64,000 bases of DNA from NCBI RefSeq assembly GCF_964204645.1, contig NC_134033.1, forward strand, positions 3,806,231 to 3,870,230, given 5' to 3'. Below are positions 26,401 through 41,800 of this stretch, one piece after another. The notes under the pieces were generated by a model, which saw only the letters and a program-made list of their open reading frames with translations, did no database searches and was not told the DNA's origin. This DNA comes from Tubulanus polymorphus (lineage: Eukaryota; Animalia; Nemertea). A program made the position numbers and the translations under genes. The number at the start of each line of letters is the position of its first letter. Within the stretch, counting starts at the first letter, position 1.

Positions 26401-29400
26401 TATGGTTTTATTTAAGCCTGTATTTGTTGAATTGTTCGCGTCGTTTATCGTTGAATTGTGTTTGTTTTTGATGTCGATTCTCTCAGATTCACAAATGAAT
26501 GTCGTGTGCGTCTCCTCGATTTGACACGGGAATCGAACCCAGTTCGCTGATCCTCGTGGATTATTCAGTATCATCGCCGTACACGGCATATTGACGTCAT
26601 TAATCGGTTGTTTTCTTAGCGGAGATATCAATCCTCGAATAACTTCTGGTATCGTTTCATTAATAACAGGTTTATACCACTCTGCGTAGCTTAATGGTTT
26701 ACCGTCAGTCCACGTGTAATAACCATCATTCTGTTTCGTGAAGAAAATGAAATATATATCATTCTCTTTAAAAACCTTTCTTTTCTAATTCATATTTGAA
26801 TACATTAGTCTTACCTGCCATTTCAATCCAATCATCATTATGAGCGCTTTTAATGTGTACGCCATTCGGAGAAGTTCTGTAGCGAATAATCTTTTGATGG
26901 GAATCATTTCCTGTTCTGAGTTGATACTGAGTAGATGTCCCGCGTACTTCAGTCTACAGTATATTTCAGCGTTCTCCCAATTCAGACGTTCATCTCTAAT
27001 GAATTTGATGCAGGAAATTCCGGAATCCAGAAATCCTTGTTTACAGTAGAAATCATCGAAATGTTTAATCGGTAACGACTCGTGTAAAGTGTATTGTATT
27101 TGAAATGTCGGAATGTAATTCCTTACTTCAAAACGCAGAGTATTATCTGTTAAACTATAAAATATAAGTCCACGAACCGCGTTATTATCACATATTTTAG
27201 TTTCATGTTGGGTTAAAATGGTTTTGTAATATTTTCCATTTAGAAAGAGGTCGTAATTTATTGTTTGTATCAAAATGATCGGATCATTCTCGACCCTGCT
27301 GTTTGTTTCGCATGAAATTGATCCAATAAATTTGACAATAAATCTGTAATATTGAAATATTTTTTGTTGTATCGGGTTTTCGAATTTATAGGAAATCGAT
27401 TTTGATGTACGTCCTGCCCAACCCGGGTAGTTCGGTGACTGCACGAGTCCACATTTATCTTTAGTAGTAACTGGAAGACGGGATCCAAGAAATCCAGAAC
27501 TATCGGCTTTTTTCACTCCTAGACATTTACGACGTAGTTTAACTATTAGTGGTTCCTGCCAGAATCCAATCTCATAAACTGTGAAATCTACAGTGTTTAA
27601 TACGAGACTGTTATTAAGAAACTGATTACTCAAACTCAGAAACTGATCACATCGCCATGACATCTTGAGAAAACATCGGTCAATTTGATATTCGTGTTCT
27701 GATAATATGTGAATATTTTTCGAGCGAAGGCGTCGATTTTCAGGTGTAATCACGAGACAGTGTGACGTCATATTGATCTGACGTTCTTCATCCTGTAGAA
27801 CGTAACCGTCACAATCAGTAGGAGCTAATTTAAGATATGACCTGCTGGGATCACCAACTGTTAACTGATTGTTATAGTAATAAGCGTATGCTACTACAGT
27901 AACCGGTCCACCTGATGTAATCAGGCTGACGACAGATCGACCGTAGTATGAACCAGGACAATACGGACCATAGCGTCTAGCTGTGAAATTACTACCATCA
28001 AATATATAAAAACCAGCTCGACCACAGTTTTCTGATAACACTGTTAGTTTCAACTGTTCTTCATAGATGTTCACTTTCCAGTTTAGTTGTAATGTAGTTA
28101 CACGATACAATGTATTCTTTGTTCTCGGGAACAATCGATTATCTGATATTGAGTTTGTGAGTGAATGCTGGAATATAAGAGAATTGATTACAACATTGAA
28201 CGTTTACAATACGACAATTTCAAACCAATCACAACCTGAAAATATCGATGATAGTTGTAATCCAAAATAAATTTAAATTCTTACACAAATCATCATAATT
28301 ACTCTGCGTAAACAACAAGTGCGTCCGAATATATTGTAATTTGGGTCACACATAACATTGTTATTCCAATTTTTTCGATAAAGTTTCGCTGGTCAATATC
28401 GCCATCAAAATCATAGATTATTACAATGATTCTATTACACGAACCTAATTTACAAATTCACTGTAATAAACTTACCGATATCTGTGGCTTGTTGACGTAG
28501 ACGTCTGATATTGTCATCGATTTCGCTTCAAATTCTATTTTCAAATTCGATCTTAAGTAATCCGATGTCGTTAAAACGCACAGAATCACGAGAAATCCGT
28601 CTGATTTTACACTCAGGGATTTAAGATGGTTAAAACTGAGTAAAATATCAGTTTTCACAATACGTAACCCTTCCTGTTTATATACACCAACGACACCTGG
28701 TGACGAGACGAGATCACGCGTCCAGTTGAAGACGACGTACTGCAGAACATCGACTGTGATAGACCAGCAGTATAAGTGTTTAGACTGAGTTACTATATGT
28801 GGTATTCCATCAATTGTAGTGAGCAGTCCTGATTTATTGTAGACTTGAATTAACGGGTTAGAGATGTTCCAATCTGATATTTGGTAAACTTGCACGAGTA
28901 ACTGTGACTTAAACGACAGTTTATTTGAAATGAATTCAATACGTGCTTTATTAGTTTTAGTATAAAACGATGAAGGCGGATGTCCGGTTTGTTCTCGTAT
29001 AAGAGCTATAGGTTCACTGGTTCTGTTCCATCCGTCGTAAATTTGAGGACGAGTTTTCATCGGATCCTCACCTGGTCTTAATCTGAAATCTATCTCTATA
29101 AACGTTAAATTCATTGCAAACCTGTCTGGCATCTCGATCCATTCAAACAACAATTTACATCGCCGAGTAGAAATTGTGAATTTATAACCTGTTTGAGTTG
29201 GTATTTCGTTTACTGCACGTTTTGAGCATTTATGTACAATTTTCAAACGACTCTGTTCTTCAAAACGATATATAATATAAAGCCGACTACCTCGCACTCC
29301 ATCGATGTTACTCCTAAACAACAACGAAATCAAATCGTTACTGCGGATATCTAGTTGTTTTCTTCCGGTAGCGCAGAGTTTGTTGTCGGACTCACCGACG

Positions 29401-29702
29401 AGTAGGTAGTTTTCGTTACAGAATATCGACGGCTCGATGTCGTAGTAAACGTGAACGAGAAAACTTCCCGGTAAAGAGCTGTTTACGAACCAACGGCATT
29501 CAACACCGCGCACTAACGACGGATAGTTCGGTGAAACGATGTAACCAGACGTAGAATCGACGGAGTATTGAGTGCTGTTACAAGATGAACTGACTGTAAC
29601 AGACGCGGCTTCCTCGGCAGAGTTTGCGCGATCAGTCCGCGTAAATATACAGTCTCCGCAAGCGATCAGTAAAACTACGAACAACGCTTTCATTCGCTGC
29701 AT
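23464..29702 (-). CDS. GRL101/LGR-like GPCR, array copy 3 (~1948 aa, apparently intact)
   Basis: Exons 29702-28476, 28167-26815 and 26730-23464. Same splice sites and domains as copy 2; no internal stops seen. Confidence 0.9.
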
Positions 29703-30539
29703 ATTGAACACAATTCACGCTTCAAAACAAATACATCTCTAACTATCTCCAAGTTTGCGCGACATTTCTCATAAGAGTCGTTGCAAAGTAATGACGAGTT
29801 GTCAGAATGTCAGAAGTTGACGAATTGATCGAGTCCAATTGTTTTGTAAAAAGATCTCCCATCAAACTGGCGCCAGTGTCGTATTTCTGTTACTTTCACC
29901 TGCGCTCGATTTCGCAGTAATTACCGCGGTTTCTAAATTTAGACGTGTTTCAATATATCGTGTTCTATAATCATGTGCAATTATTTCTCTAAAAATATTT
30001 ACTGTCACTCCCGAACTGCGTTCAGTTTGTGATAATATTCGACGACATTTTATATCTATACCTCAAAATATTCTGCGTCTCTGTAAAACACTTCGTCAAT
30101 ATCTGTTTCGACAATTCATACTCTACAGTCAATATGATAACTGAGTTGAAGCTAAGTGACGCGCGTGGATATCTGATTGTGGTGAGTAATAGGTCTTGTT
30201 TGGAACAGATTGTTTTGAAGAAACAATAGCAACAAAGTAAGACGGGGATGACAGCGGTAGATCCGGAATCTACACCTCGGAATACATCTTCCTACCAAGT
30301 TTAGAAGGAATCAGAGAAAAAATTATCTGTGGATATCTGATTCTGGCGGGTGAGGACTGGTTCGGTACTAACTTTTCGCAGAGCCAACGCCAACCAAGTA
30401 AGACTCGGATGACAGCGGTAGAAAAGAAACTGTGCTTATAACGAGCCAACAAATGCAGCAAATACCGATAACGTATTTTGGAGTTATGATTGGACAGCTA
30501 GAAAACGGGTTGACGAAATTTGAATATCTCTGACGTGAA

Positions 30540-30638
30540 AGAATTAAGTGAAAAATCAAAGCAGTCTCTATTCATCACTCTTGATGGCTAGAATTTATGA
30601 ATACAAATAACAGTATTTCCTGCTGCTGCTGCCGCTAC

Positions 30639-30674
<36 letters not shown>

Positions 30675-32030
30675 ACACTACTACTGCTGCTGCTAAGATC
30701 GTTCTAAGATTATTCTTCGAATTCAGTGATAATTCGAGTGACAGACAATGGACATTTGATTAATTGAATTTTTTGTATATTTCCTATGATGATATCATCT
30801 TAATTTATTTTAGGTGATAATCAATTGCAAATAGTTCTAAGATTTGTGCTTTATTCCTGTGACAATTCGAGTGACAATTCAATAATGGAAATGTGATTGA
30901 TTGTGTTGCAAATTTATATTTATTTTAATTCGATTTTGAAAGGATTTAAATTACTGTATAGAACTATCATTTTAACGAGGACTGTTAGAGAATATCTGAT
31001 ATTATATCTACTTCATATATTAGGTAGGATATTGAAGTGCACATATGTCCCTTACGTGAGGTTAGGTTAGTAAAAAGGGAGATCTATAAGCTTTTTATCA
31101 ATTAGGTCCACTAATCTAAATAGTAATATGCGAAGTTGCCGAGGGATGCTTTCGACAGTTCACATCTCGTGGATAAATTAGCCTAGTTGACTCCCTGTCT
31201 CTGGGATCTCACTCGAGCATCCAACCTAAACTTTAACATTGATTCTTCCAGTCAGAATAGAAATATGAAATTGTTGTTTTTCAGATCAGCCATTCCTCAC
31301 CCAGGACCTGATTGCTGCCAATATCACGAGTCTGACTAAACCAATGCCGCGGACTCCAGGCTTTAATAGATAATCCATGATGCTCCACACAGATATAGGT
31401 GGTGAGTAGATTTATTATTTTTAATTCTAACTATAACAGATTACAATGTGCATATATCGAACCAAATAAGAAATTATTATTGAGATCAATACTTTTTTTC
31501 CGATAAGCTCTACATCCTCAGGACCTGATTGCTGCTGTCAATGCTTGCTGAATAAGTCAACAAGACCGGACCGATATTATTCCCGTTGTTTGGGTGTCAC
31601 ATCTCCCAATGAAATGATAACTGATCGAAAAAATTCATGAAGTTCCACTCATGAATCGATGAGCAGACATTTTAATTTGAATTCTAAATGTCAAACTTAA
31701 GTGAGGTCGTATTCGAGCTGATTCAAGTATAATTAAACTTCGGTTGCTTTTTCAGAGACGATCTTCCTGTGCAGGATCTGATTGCTGCCAATGCGCGTTG
31801 ACTAAACCGACAAATACAGTTTCCAGATTCCAGACCATCCTCACTTCATCAGTACCTGATTGCATCGAGTGCGTCCCGACTAAAACAACCTGGTCTGGTA
31901 GAGGACTCCTGTGAGCTGAATGATAAATCTCTTCGAGAAAAAGATAATCTAAAACTGCTCGCATAAATTGGTGAGTAGAAATGATAAATTATTTCTCTAT
32001 AGGAAACTGAGGTTAGGTTAGATCTTAATT
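30540..32030. repeat. Duplicated upstream spacer shared by GPCR copies 1 and 3
   Basis: Collinear with ~4165-6165 (CTG repeat, AT-rich block, three exon-like units) except for the LINE fragment. Confidence 0.85.
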
Positions 32031-32581
32031 TTAACGGGGAATTTCGTGTTCACTCACGGGTGACGAGGGTGGTTATACAAACTACCATCGTCACGCATTG
32101 AATCATCCATTAGAATTTCAAGTATTCGTTTTTTTTTAAATAATGCACTTTCGCCATTTCTCGGGATCTGTTTGCAACCGTGTCGATTGAACCAACCCAC
32201 ATCGACCGGAAGACTCAAACTCTTCCAGAATAAACTAAGGAGCTCCACACGTCACATGAATCATGGCGAGTAGACATTTTGTGGAGTCAAAATGTCTAAT
32301 CATCATGATTTAATTTCAATACACTGCAGAGCTATGTGATGTCCGTTCAAAACTTATGTTTCAAAAATGAGCGCAAATTATCGCAACAATGGGGACCTCG
32401 AGGGACCGCCACAAAATGGCGCCTAGAAACTGGAAACTTATTTATTGTGAATCATTGTATTCGTTCATCTAATGCGGTCACGTGACTCCAAACGAACTCG
32501 AACCAAGTTTTAGGATTTCTAAGTTCAAAACCGATTTATAGATAGGCAAACATTATACGGGGATTCGTGTCAAACTGTGGT

Positions 32582-35500
32582 TTATTTACTGGATGTCGTC
32601 AATCCTAGTCGTCGTTTATTGCGTTCACGAATAGATTTCATATCGATTGTAAGTATTGTATAAAGAAGCGGATTCAGAGACGAGTTGATCGGTAAAAATA
32701 GAACGGCCAGCCAAGCGGCCACCTGGTTCGGTATCTCGACCGAAAATACGGCGCAAAACTGAACGATTATTATCGGTAGCCAGCAAAATAGATTACAAAG
32801 ATTGATTACTAAACTCCTTCGAGCTAAAACCAGTTCGGTAGGATCGGCTCTACCCGAGCCCGACCTACTTCCGGATACGAGTCTATACATCTGAGCGTAC
32901 GTCGTCATTATCGTAGCCAATATGGCCGCATTAAACAAGGCAAAAATAGCGAATGAATAGTGCCAGCCATTGACGTCGATCGTCAGTAAATTCATAGGCA
33001 AACAAACTCCGGTTGTACCGTAAAAATTGTGTCCGAAGTAAGACGACGATGACAGCGGTAGAATAGAAACTGTGCTCATAACGAGCCAACAAATGCAGCA
33101 AATCCCGATAACGTATTTAGGAGTTATGATCGGACTTCTAGAAAACGGGTTGACGATATTTGAATATCTCTGACGCGTTAGAATTAAGAGAAAAGTCAGG
33201 GAACCTTCGCACGAAACGGTGACAATAACCCCGGCGAGACGACATAATGAGCTATCCGTCCAGGCTTCAGAGTTCAGATAATAAACGCCTTTGAATGCGT
33301 GGTCAGCTCCCGCGATCAAAAACAAATAGACCGACATCAGAAAATCACAACCGGCAATATTTATGATGAGGATGTCTGAAGATGTGTTACGTGTTCCGGA
33401 GGATTCCATCCGCAAAGCTTGAACGCGAAATAAGATAACGTTACTGTTAGCGAGAAAACTGAAAGATGCGATCATCCAGATGATGGCTCTCAGTACAGCG
33501 TTACCCATCAGGTCAGAGCAGGTGGAAAATTGATCAGCTTCGGGAAGACATCGGTCAACATTCGGTGCCATGCAGCAAAATTTGTAAGCATCCGAAGCGA
33601 GGTATTTCAATGATGTAAGATCGCCAAGAACGTTTCTTTTTACGAATATCACTTCGGAATTGTTGACGAGGTCTAGAATTTCTAGTTTAGTCAGTCCAGA
33701 AAAAGCATAACTGGAAATATAATGTATTCTGTTACTGCTGATATTTAACGACTGTAATGCGGATAAACCTTTAAATACATTTTCGCCGAGAACCGATATA
33801 GAAAGTCCGTGAAGATCGAGAACAGTAAGTGACGTCACACCTCGGAAACTACCGTCTTCTAAATGTTGCAGCGGATTTCCGATAAGAAATAGTTCTTTTA
33901 AACCGATCAAACCTGCGAATGTATTAGCAGATAATGATGTTATGCGGTTGTGTGTAAGGTCTAATGTGTATAGATTGTTCAGATTAGAAAACGCGTTTGG
34001 AACGATGTAAGACAAATTATTGCCCGAAATATCGAGAAAACGAAGATAAATGAAAGAGTTGAACGTCGACTCGTTAAATACGACTCGGTTATTCGACAAA
34101 ATCAAAACCCGAGTTGATTCTATAAAACGACCAGTAATATCTGATAAAAGAGCATTTTCACAATCGATGAAATGACCCCGGCAATTACAACGTTCAGGAC
34201 ACGTGACCTTACAGTATGACTCGTCATCCGAGTTATGTTTACAATTTATGACACCGTCGCAAACTTCAGATTGCGGAATACATCGATTTTCCTGGCCACA
34301 TTTAAACATTCCCGGACACGACCAAGTCTCGCAGTTTCGTTCATCTTCTGAATTAGGACAATCTGATCGACCGTCACAAACGTGTCTGATCGGTATACAG
34401 TAAGATGCCGGACATTTTGCAGTACCAGCCGCGCATTCGAAATCATTACACGCGAGTATATGTTCAAGATTTCTACATACCGGGAAATCAATCGGCATCC
34501 TTTCTAAAATACACCTTTCGTGTCGGGAATAACAGCGAGGAGAATTGAACGAACATCTTTGTTCATCCGATTCCTTACACAGATCTGTGAAACGAGTCGT
34601 ACAGTGATTCTCATTATTACAGTAAACCTCGGGATTCACTGTCATATTAGTAACCAATTCGTCTTCTTCGAGACTTCCGCTACAATCCACGACACCATCC
34701 CGATACAACTGAGAACTAATACATTCACCGTCCGCGCACGAGAACCCCTGACAAAGTTCGGCAGTCCATCCGATCTCATCGAAACCGTCTTTACAGTTGG
34801 CTAGTCCGTCACATCGTTTATAACTATCGATACATTGGTGATTGGAACAGCGATATTGGGTAGATAAACACGGTGGATGATAGCACGAGTTCTCATCCGA
34901 GCCATCGATGCGATCTCTCATGAAGTCGCAGAAACCGCTAATCGATATAACTTGTCCATCGTTACAGCGGAACTGACTGTGTAAATTGATATCCGTACAA
35001 TCGAGTTCATCTTCACCGTGTTGACAATCGTTTCTGGTATCACATACGCGATGGTCGCTGATACATCTTTGATCGTTACATTTAAACTGCCACGGTTTAC
35101 AACCGCTTACAGAAGCTAACTCTTTAACAGTTACATTATAGGTACACATCAAGGAATGCACTTTATCTTTTGTCTTATCGAAAGGTTTCAATAACCATTT
35201 AACTGATTGAATATAAGTAATTTCATTTCTGGTCACCAGTGGTTTGATAACTTTAAACCCGTCGCGGTCCATCGTCAGAATAGCGCCGTATTGATGTCGA
35301 TATTGAAATTCGTTGATCAAATTTTTCAAGTCGCTTTCTGTATTTGAGGTGATTCTTACTATTTCGGCGCGGATGCTGTGACACATTTCTCTAGCACTCC
35401 GAATATTCAAACCTCGATTGTTTTTCCAGTCGGTTAGTATTTGATAACATTGTCCGGAGATAGTTACCCAACCTCTTGGACAGGTTGAATTAATTAAAGT

Positions 35501-38500
35501 AACATCGGGAATCATTTGATCTATGGTTTTATTTAAATCTGTATTTGTTGAATTGTTCGCGTCGTTTATCGTTGAATTGTGTTTGTTTTTGACGTCGATT
35601 CTCTCGGATTCACAAATGAATGTCGTGTGCGTCTCCTCGATTTGACACGGGAATCGAACCCAGTTCGCTGATCTTCGTGGATTATTCAGTATCATCGCCG
35701 TACACGGCATATTGACGTCATTTATCGGTTGTTTTCTTAGCGGAGACATCAATCCTCGAATAACTTCTGGTATCGTTTCATTAATAACCGGTTTATACCA
35801 CTCTGTGTAGCTCAATGGTTTACCGTCAGTCCACGTGTAATAACCATCATTCTGTTTCGTGAAGAAAATGAAATATATCACTTCTTTAAAAATCTTTCGA
35901 TTTTAATTCATATTAGAATACATTAATCTTACCTGCCATTTCAATCCAATCATCATTATGAGCGCTTTTAATGTGTACGCCATTCGGAGAAGTTCTGTAG
36001 CGAATAATCTTTTGATTGAAATCATTTCCTGTTCTGAGTTGATACTGAGTAGATGTCCCGCGTACTTCTGTCCACAGTATATTTCAGCGTTCTCCCAATT
36101 CAGACGTTCATCTCTGATGAATTTGATGCAGGAAATTCCGGAATCCAGAAATTCTTGTTTACAGTAGATATCATCGAAATGTTTAATCGGTAACGACTCG
36201 TGTAAAGTGTATTGTATTTGAAATGTCGGAATTCTATTGTTTACCTCAAAACGCAAAGTATTATCTGTTAAACTATACAATATAAGTCCACGAACCGCGT
36301 TATTTTCACATATTAAAGTTTCGTGTTGGGTCCTAATAATTTTGATCAGTTTTCCATTTTGGAAGAGGTTGTACTTTATCAGCTGTATCAAAATGATCGG
36401 ATCATTCTCACGTATGTTGTTTGTTTCACATGAAACTGATCCAATAAATTTGACAATAAATCTGTAATATTGAAATATATTTTGTTCTATAGGGTTTTCA
36501 AATTTATATGAAATAGATTCTGATGTAAGTTCTGCCGGACCCGGGTAGTTCCGTGACTGCACGAGTCCACATTTATCTTAAGTAGTAACTGGGAGACGGG
36601 AACCGGCAAATCCAAAACTATCCGATTTTTTCACTCGTAGACATTTACGACGTAGTTTAACTGTTAGTGGTCGCCGCCAGAATACAAACTCACCTGTGAA
36701 ATCTACAGTGTTTAATACGAGACTGTTATTAAGAAACTGATTACTCAAACTCAGAAACTGGTCACATGACAATGACATCTTGAGAAAACATCTGTCAATT
36801 TGATATTCGTGTTCTGATAATATATCGATATTTTTCAAGCGAAGGCGTCGATTTTCAGGTGTAATCGCGAGACAGTGTGACGTCATATTGATCTGACGTT
36901 CTTCTTCCTGTAGAACATAACCATCACAATCAGTAGGAGCAAATCTAAGAATTGAGTTGCCGGTGTAACCAACTGTTAACTGATTGTTATAGTAATAAGC
37001 GTATGCTACTACAGTAACCGGTCCACCTGATGTAATCAGGCTGACGACAGATCGACCGTAGTATGAACCAGGACAATACGGACCATAGCGTCTAGCTGTG
37101 AAATTACTACCATCAAATATATAAAAACCAGCTCGATCACAGTTTTCTGATAGCACTGTTAGTTTCAACTGTTTTTCATAGATGTTCACTTTCCAGTTTA
37201 GTTGTAATGTAGTTACACGATACAATGTATTCTTTGATCTCGGGAACAATCGATTAGCTGATATTGAGTTTCTGTATGAATGCTGAAATATAAGAGAATT
37301 GATTACAACATTAAACGTTTACAATACAACAATTTCAAACTCTGTACGACCTTGATATATTGATAATACTTTAAAATGTTGCAATCAAATCTTAACTTAA
37401 ATTCTTCCACAAATCATCATAATTATTCTGCGTTAACATGTGAGTCGAAATATATTGAAATTTGGGTCACACATAACGTTGTTATTCCAAATTTCTCGGT
37501 AAAGTTTCATTGGTCAGAATCGCCATCAAAATCATAGATTATTACAATGATTCTATTAAACAAACCGAATTGACAAATCATTGTTATAAACTTACCCATA
37601 TCTGTGGCTTGTTGACGTAGACGTCTGATATTGTCATTGATTTCACTTCAAATTCTATTTTCAAATTGGATCTTAAAAAATCCGATGTCGTTAAAACGCA
37701 CAGAATCACGAGAAATCCGTCTGATTCTACACTCAGAGATTTAAGATGGTTAAAACTGAGTAAAATATCAGTTCTCACAATACGTAACCCTTCCTGTTTA
37801 TATACACCAACGACACCTGGTGACGAGTCGAGATCACGTGTCCAGTTGAAGACGACGTACTGCAGAACATCGACTGTGATAGACCAGCAGTATAAGTGTT
37901 TAGACTGAGTTACTATATGTGGTATTCCATCAATTGTAGTGAGCAGTCCTGATTTATTATAGACTTGAATTAACGGGTTAGAGATGTTCCAATCTGATAT
38001 TTTGTAAACTTGCACGAGTAACTGCGACTTTACTCTACTTGAAAAAAAATCAATACGTGCTTTATTAGTTTTAGTATAAAACGATGAAGGCGGATGTCCG
38101 GTTTGTTCTCGTATAAGAGCTATAGATTCACTGGTGCTGTTCCATCCGTCGTAAATTTGAGGACGAGTTTTTGTTGGATCCTCACCTGGTGTCAACCTGA
38201 AATCTATCTGTATAAACGTTAAATTCATTGCAAACCCGTCTGGCATCCCGATCCATTCTAACAACAATTTGCATCGCCGGGCAGAAATCATGAATCCATA
38301 ACCTGTTTGAGTTGGTAATTCTTTTACTGCATGCTTGTGACATGTATGTAAGATTTTCAAGCGACTTTGTTCTTCTAAACGATATATGATATAAACCCGA
38401 CTACCTCGCGCTCCATCGACGTTACTCCTAAACGACAACGAAATTAAATCGTTACTGCGGATATCCAGTTGTTTTCTTCCGGTAGCGCAGAGTTTGTTGT

Positions 38501-38816
38501 CGGACTCACCGATGAGAAGGTAGTTTTCGTTACAGAATATCGACGGCTCGATGTCGTAGTAAACTTGAACGAGAAAACTTCCCGGTAAAGAGCTGTTGAC
38601 GAACCAACGACATTCAACACCGCGCACTAACGACGGATAGTTCGGTGAAACGATGTAACCAGACGTAGAATCGACGGAGTATTGAGTGTTGTTACAAGAT
38701 GAACTGACTATAACAGACGCGGCTTCCTCGACAGAGTTTTCGCAATCAGCCCGCGTAAATATACAGTCTCCGCAAGCGATCAGTAAAACTACGAACAACG
38801 CTCTCATTCGCGGCAT
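32582..38816 (-). pseudogene. GRL101/LGR-like GPCR, array copy 4, with a premature stop in exon 2
   Basis: Exons 38816-37596, 37282-35933 and 35851-32582. AAA(K) is TAA at 36578-36580 (other copies read VTTKDKC). LDLa cysteines are lost (DRIDGSDE, DGFDEIGWT) and the C-terminal tail differs. Confidence 0.8.
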
Positions 38817-41800
38817 ATTGGACACAATTCACGCTTCAAAACAAACACATTTCTAACTATTTCTAAGTTTGCGCGACATTTCTCAAACGAGTAGCTGCGA
38901 AGTAATGACGAATTCGCAAATGGCAGAAGTTGACGAAGTAATGATGAATTCGCAAATGCAGAAGTTGACGAATTGATCGAGTCCAATTATTTTGTAAAAA
39001 ATCCGCCCATCAAACTGGCGCCAGTCTCGTATTTGTGAAACTTTCATCTGTTCTCGGTTTCGCTGTAATTACCGCGGTTTCTAAATTTAGACATGTTTCA
39101 ATATATCGTGTTTATAATCAAGTGCAATTATTTCTCTAAAAATATTTACTGTCGCTCCCGAACTGCGTTCAGTTTGTGATAATATTCGATGACATTTTCT
39201 ATCTATACTGCAAATTATTCTGCGTCTCTGTAAAACACTTCGTCAATATCTGTTTCGACAATTCACACTCTACAGTCAATATAATAACTGAGTTGAAGCT
39301 AAGCGAAGCGCGTGGATATCTGATTGTGGCGGGTGAGGACTGGTTCGGTACTGACTTTTCGGAGAACCAACACCAACCAAGTAAGACGACGATGACAGCG
39401 GTAGAATAGAAACTGTGCTTATAACGAGCCAACAAATGCAGCAAATACCGATAACGTATTTTGGAGTTATAATCGGACTTCTAGAAAACGGGTTGACGAT
39501 ATTTGAATATCTCTGACGCGTTAGAATTAAGTGAACAGTTAAGGGGGCTCAAATTAAGAAACGGAGAATAATCCCGGCGAGACTCGCGCACTCTGATTCG
39601 GACCGTTCTAAATTTGCCCTGTTCCGGACACGGACCCGTTTAAAACGGTTTAACTGGTTCTCAGTGCGAATGCGGCTATAGGTAAAACCAATAATGAATG
39701 AGGTAAATTGATAATTCCGAAACTCCCGATCTTCACTTTCAAACTTTAGATTTGACTCAATAGAATATGTACATCGTAGTCCGTTAGGCATTGCTTTTGA
39801 TTACTTGAAGAACGAATCCGCGCCAAGAATTCAGCAAAGTTCCTTCCACTGAATTGTGTTTTATTCCCCCTTCATCTTTTCGGTACAATTTTTCAACAAA
39901 AAAAAATTCCGTAATGCCCATCTGATTTTTATTCCAGTAATTCGTTAAAGTTATGTTCATCTAAATTTTCTATATCGTTATTTGCAAAAACTATCAAAAA
40001 AAAATTTTCCCATCATTTGTATCAAATTCATCACAATTTCCAATCATTTTCGGTTCTTTTTTCTGCGGTCCTTTGAGGTTTCGTTTGTGTTAAATAAATT
40101 CGTTTTTTCTCCTGCCTCCTTCCGTTTTGGAACGCCTACATAAATGATCGAAAATGATGATGATCTGATATATTCGGTCACCGATATTGGGGAGATGTTA
40201 GTGTGTTTTATAGATATGTTTTAATGAGAATAAGGTGGCGCCAGCTGGTGAACAAACAATTCAACACATAAATAACCGTAAACCAGCGATCAGTAATCAG
40301 CAATTGGTAAATGACATTTGGCAACGAGCAACTGTCATGGTGATCTGGGAATTCCGTAGAAAAGGAACATATTTCAATAATCGTCAATTAATCGGTTTAA
40401 ACCGCTTGTTGTTTCTGATGAGATTCGCCTTTACTATCGTAAGGAATCATTTGAAGCAATCTCAGCGTCGAAAATCATATAGATTGGAAAAGAGCTAGAA
40501 AAGACATTTCGAAACGATGAAATAATATCTTTGCGAATGTCACTGTGAGAAGAAAAACGAATGTCGAAATTTCCAAATCATGAAATTAACAACAATAAAG
40601 TAGATTCTACTTTTAAGAATTTGATATAATTTGTTCTTCTACTACGAAATGGAGTCGAACCAAAAACTACGGATTGTTACATTTTGCCCGTTTATTGTAA
40701 AATGACAAGCTGACAGTTGCTTTTAAATCACTAAATCACCCTAATTTCACTTTGAAATTATGCTCAGGGAAATATAAAATCCAAGGTAACATCACCAGCT
40801 TGCATCGAAGACTTCGGTTGAAATTGTGTCGAGTCTGCACTCTCTGATTCTCATGATTTGTATGGTTCGAATTTAGGTCTGAGAGGAAGTCATTGTCTTT
40901 TCCACAGAAAATGGAAACAGAAAATGAAAATGGAAACTATTATGTATTTATTGATTTCTGTAGAGCCGCGCAGTTTATAGAGCGAAGATGGATTATGACC
41001 AGTGACCCCGATAGTTAGATGATATCAAATATGAAGCTTCATTGTGTTCGACAATTCTTGTCGATCGCACAGATTATTACATTTGGTTGTCCGTGTATGC
41101 TCACACATAGAGGTTATCGCGATGGTATATGGTTTACCAGTATGGACAAAGGTGCTCAAACTGTCTCCTGTAATAAAGTAGACACCTCTTGTGAACATAG
41201 TAGGATTTATTCTGAATGAACGGAATGGCGCTGAAACGAAATCCAAGATAAACTGTTCTCAAAAGCTGAGCTGTTACTGGAAATTAAATGGAATTTGAAT
41301 TGGCTTCTCGTTCAGGATACATTTGGAATGGAATCGCGCTTAAAGTAATTCCGGATTGATATAAACTGTGAAAAAAACTGAACTGTTATCAAAAACACAA
41401 GGATTCAAATTGACTCAATGATTATCATTGGATTCAGACATTACACGCACAGGATTGGATAAACTGTAAGTTAGAGGACATTAACAGCTGAAATTATAGG
41501 TTTAATTAGTTTAGGAACTTACTCGGTGAGTTAGTAAGTTATAGAAATGCATGAATATTAATACAGTTTTAAATGAAATGCGTTAGTTAGGAAATAGGGT
41601 GTTATTTACGTCAGGGTCCTGCGGGTCTCTGGGTCTACAGATAGAAATAGCAGGTTGTTTATTACTTATGTCTAATATCTTTATTTCAGGATCCTGTATT
41701 TCATGCTTCTTTTATTCCAGGGTTTCTCTCTACTTTCAGGTTTTTTACTTTTTTCCGAATTTCCGTTTCTTTCAAATTTATTGTTTTATAAGACAACGCC

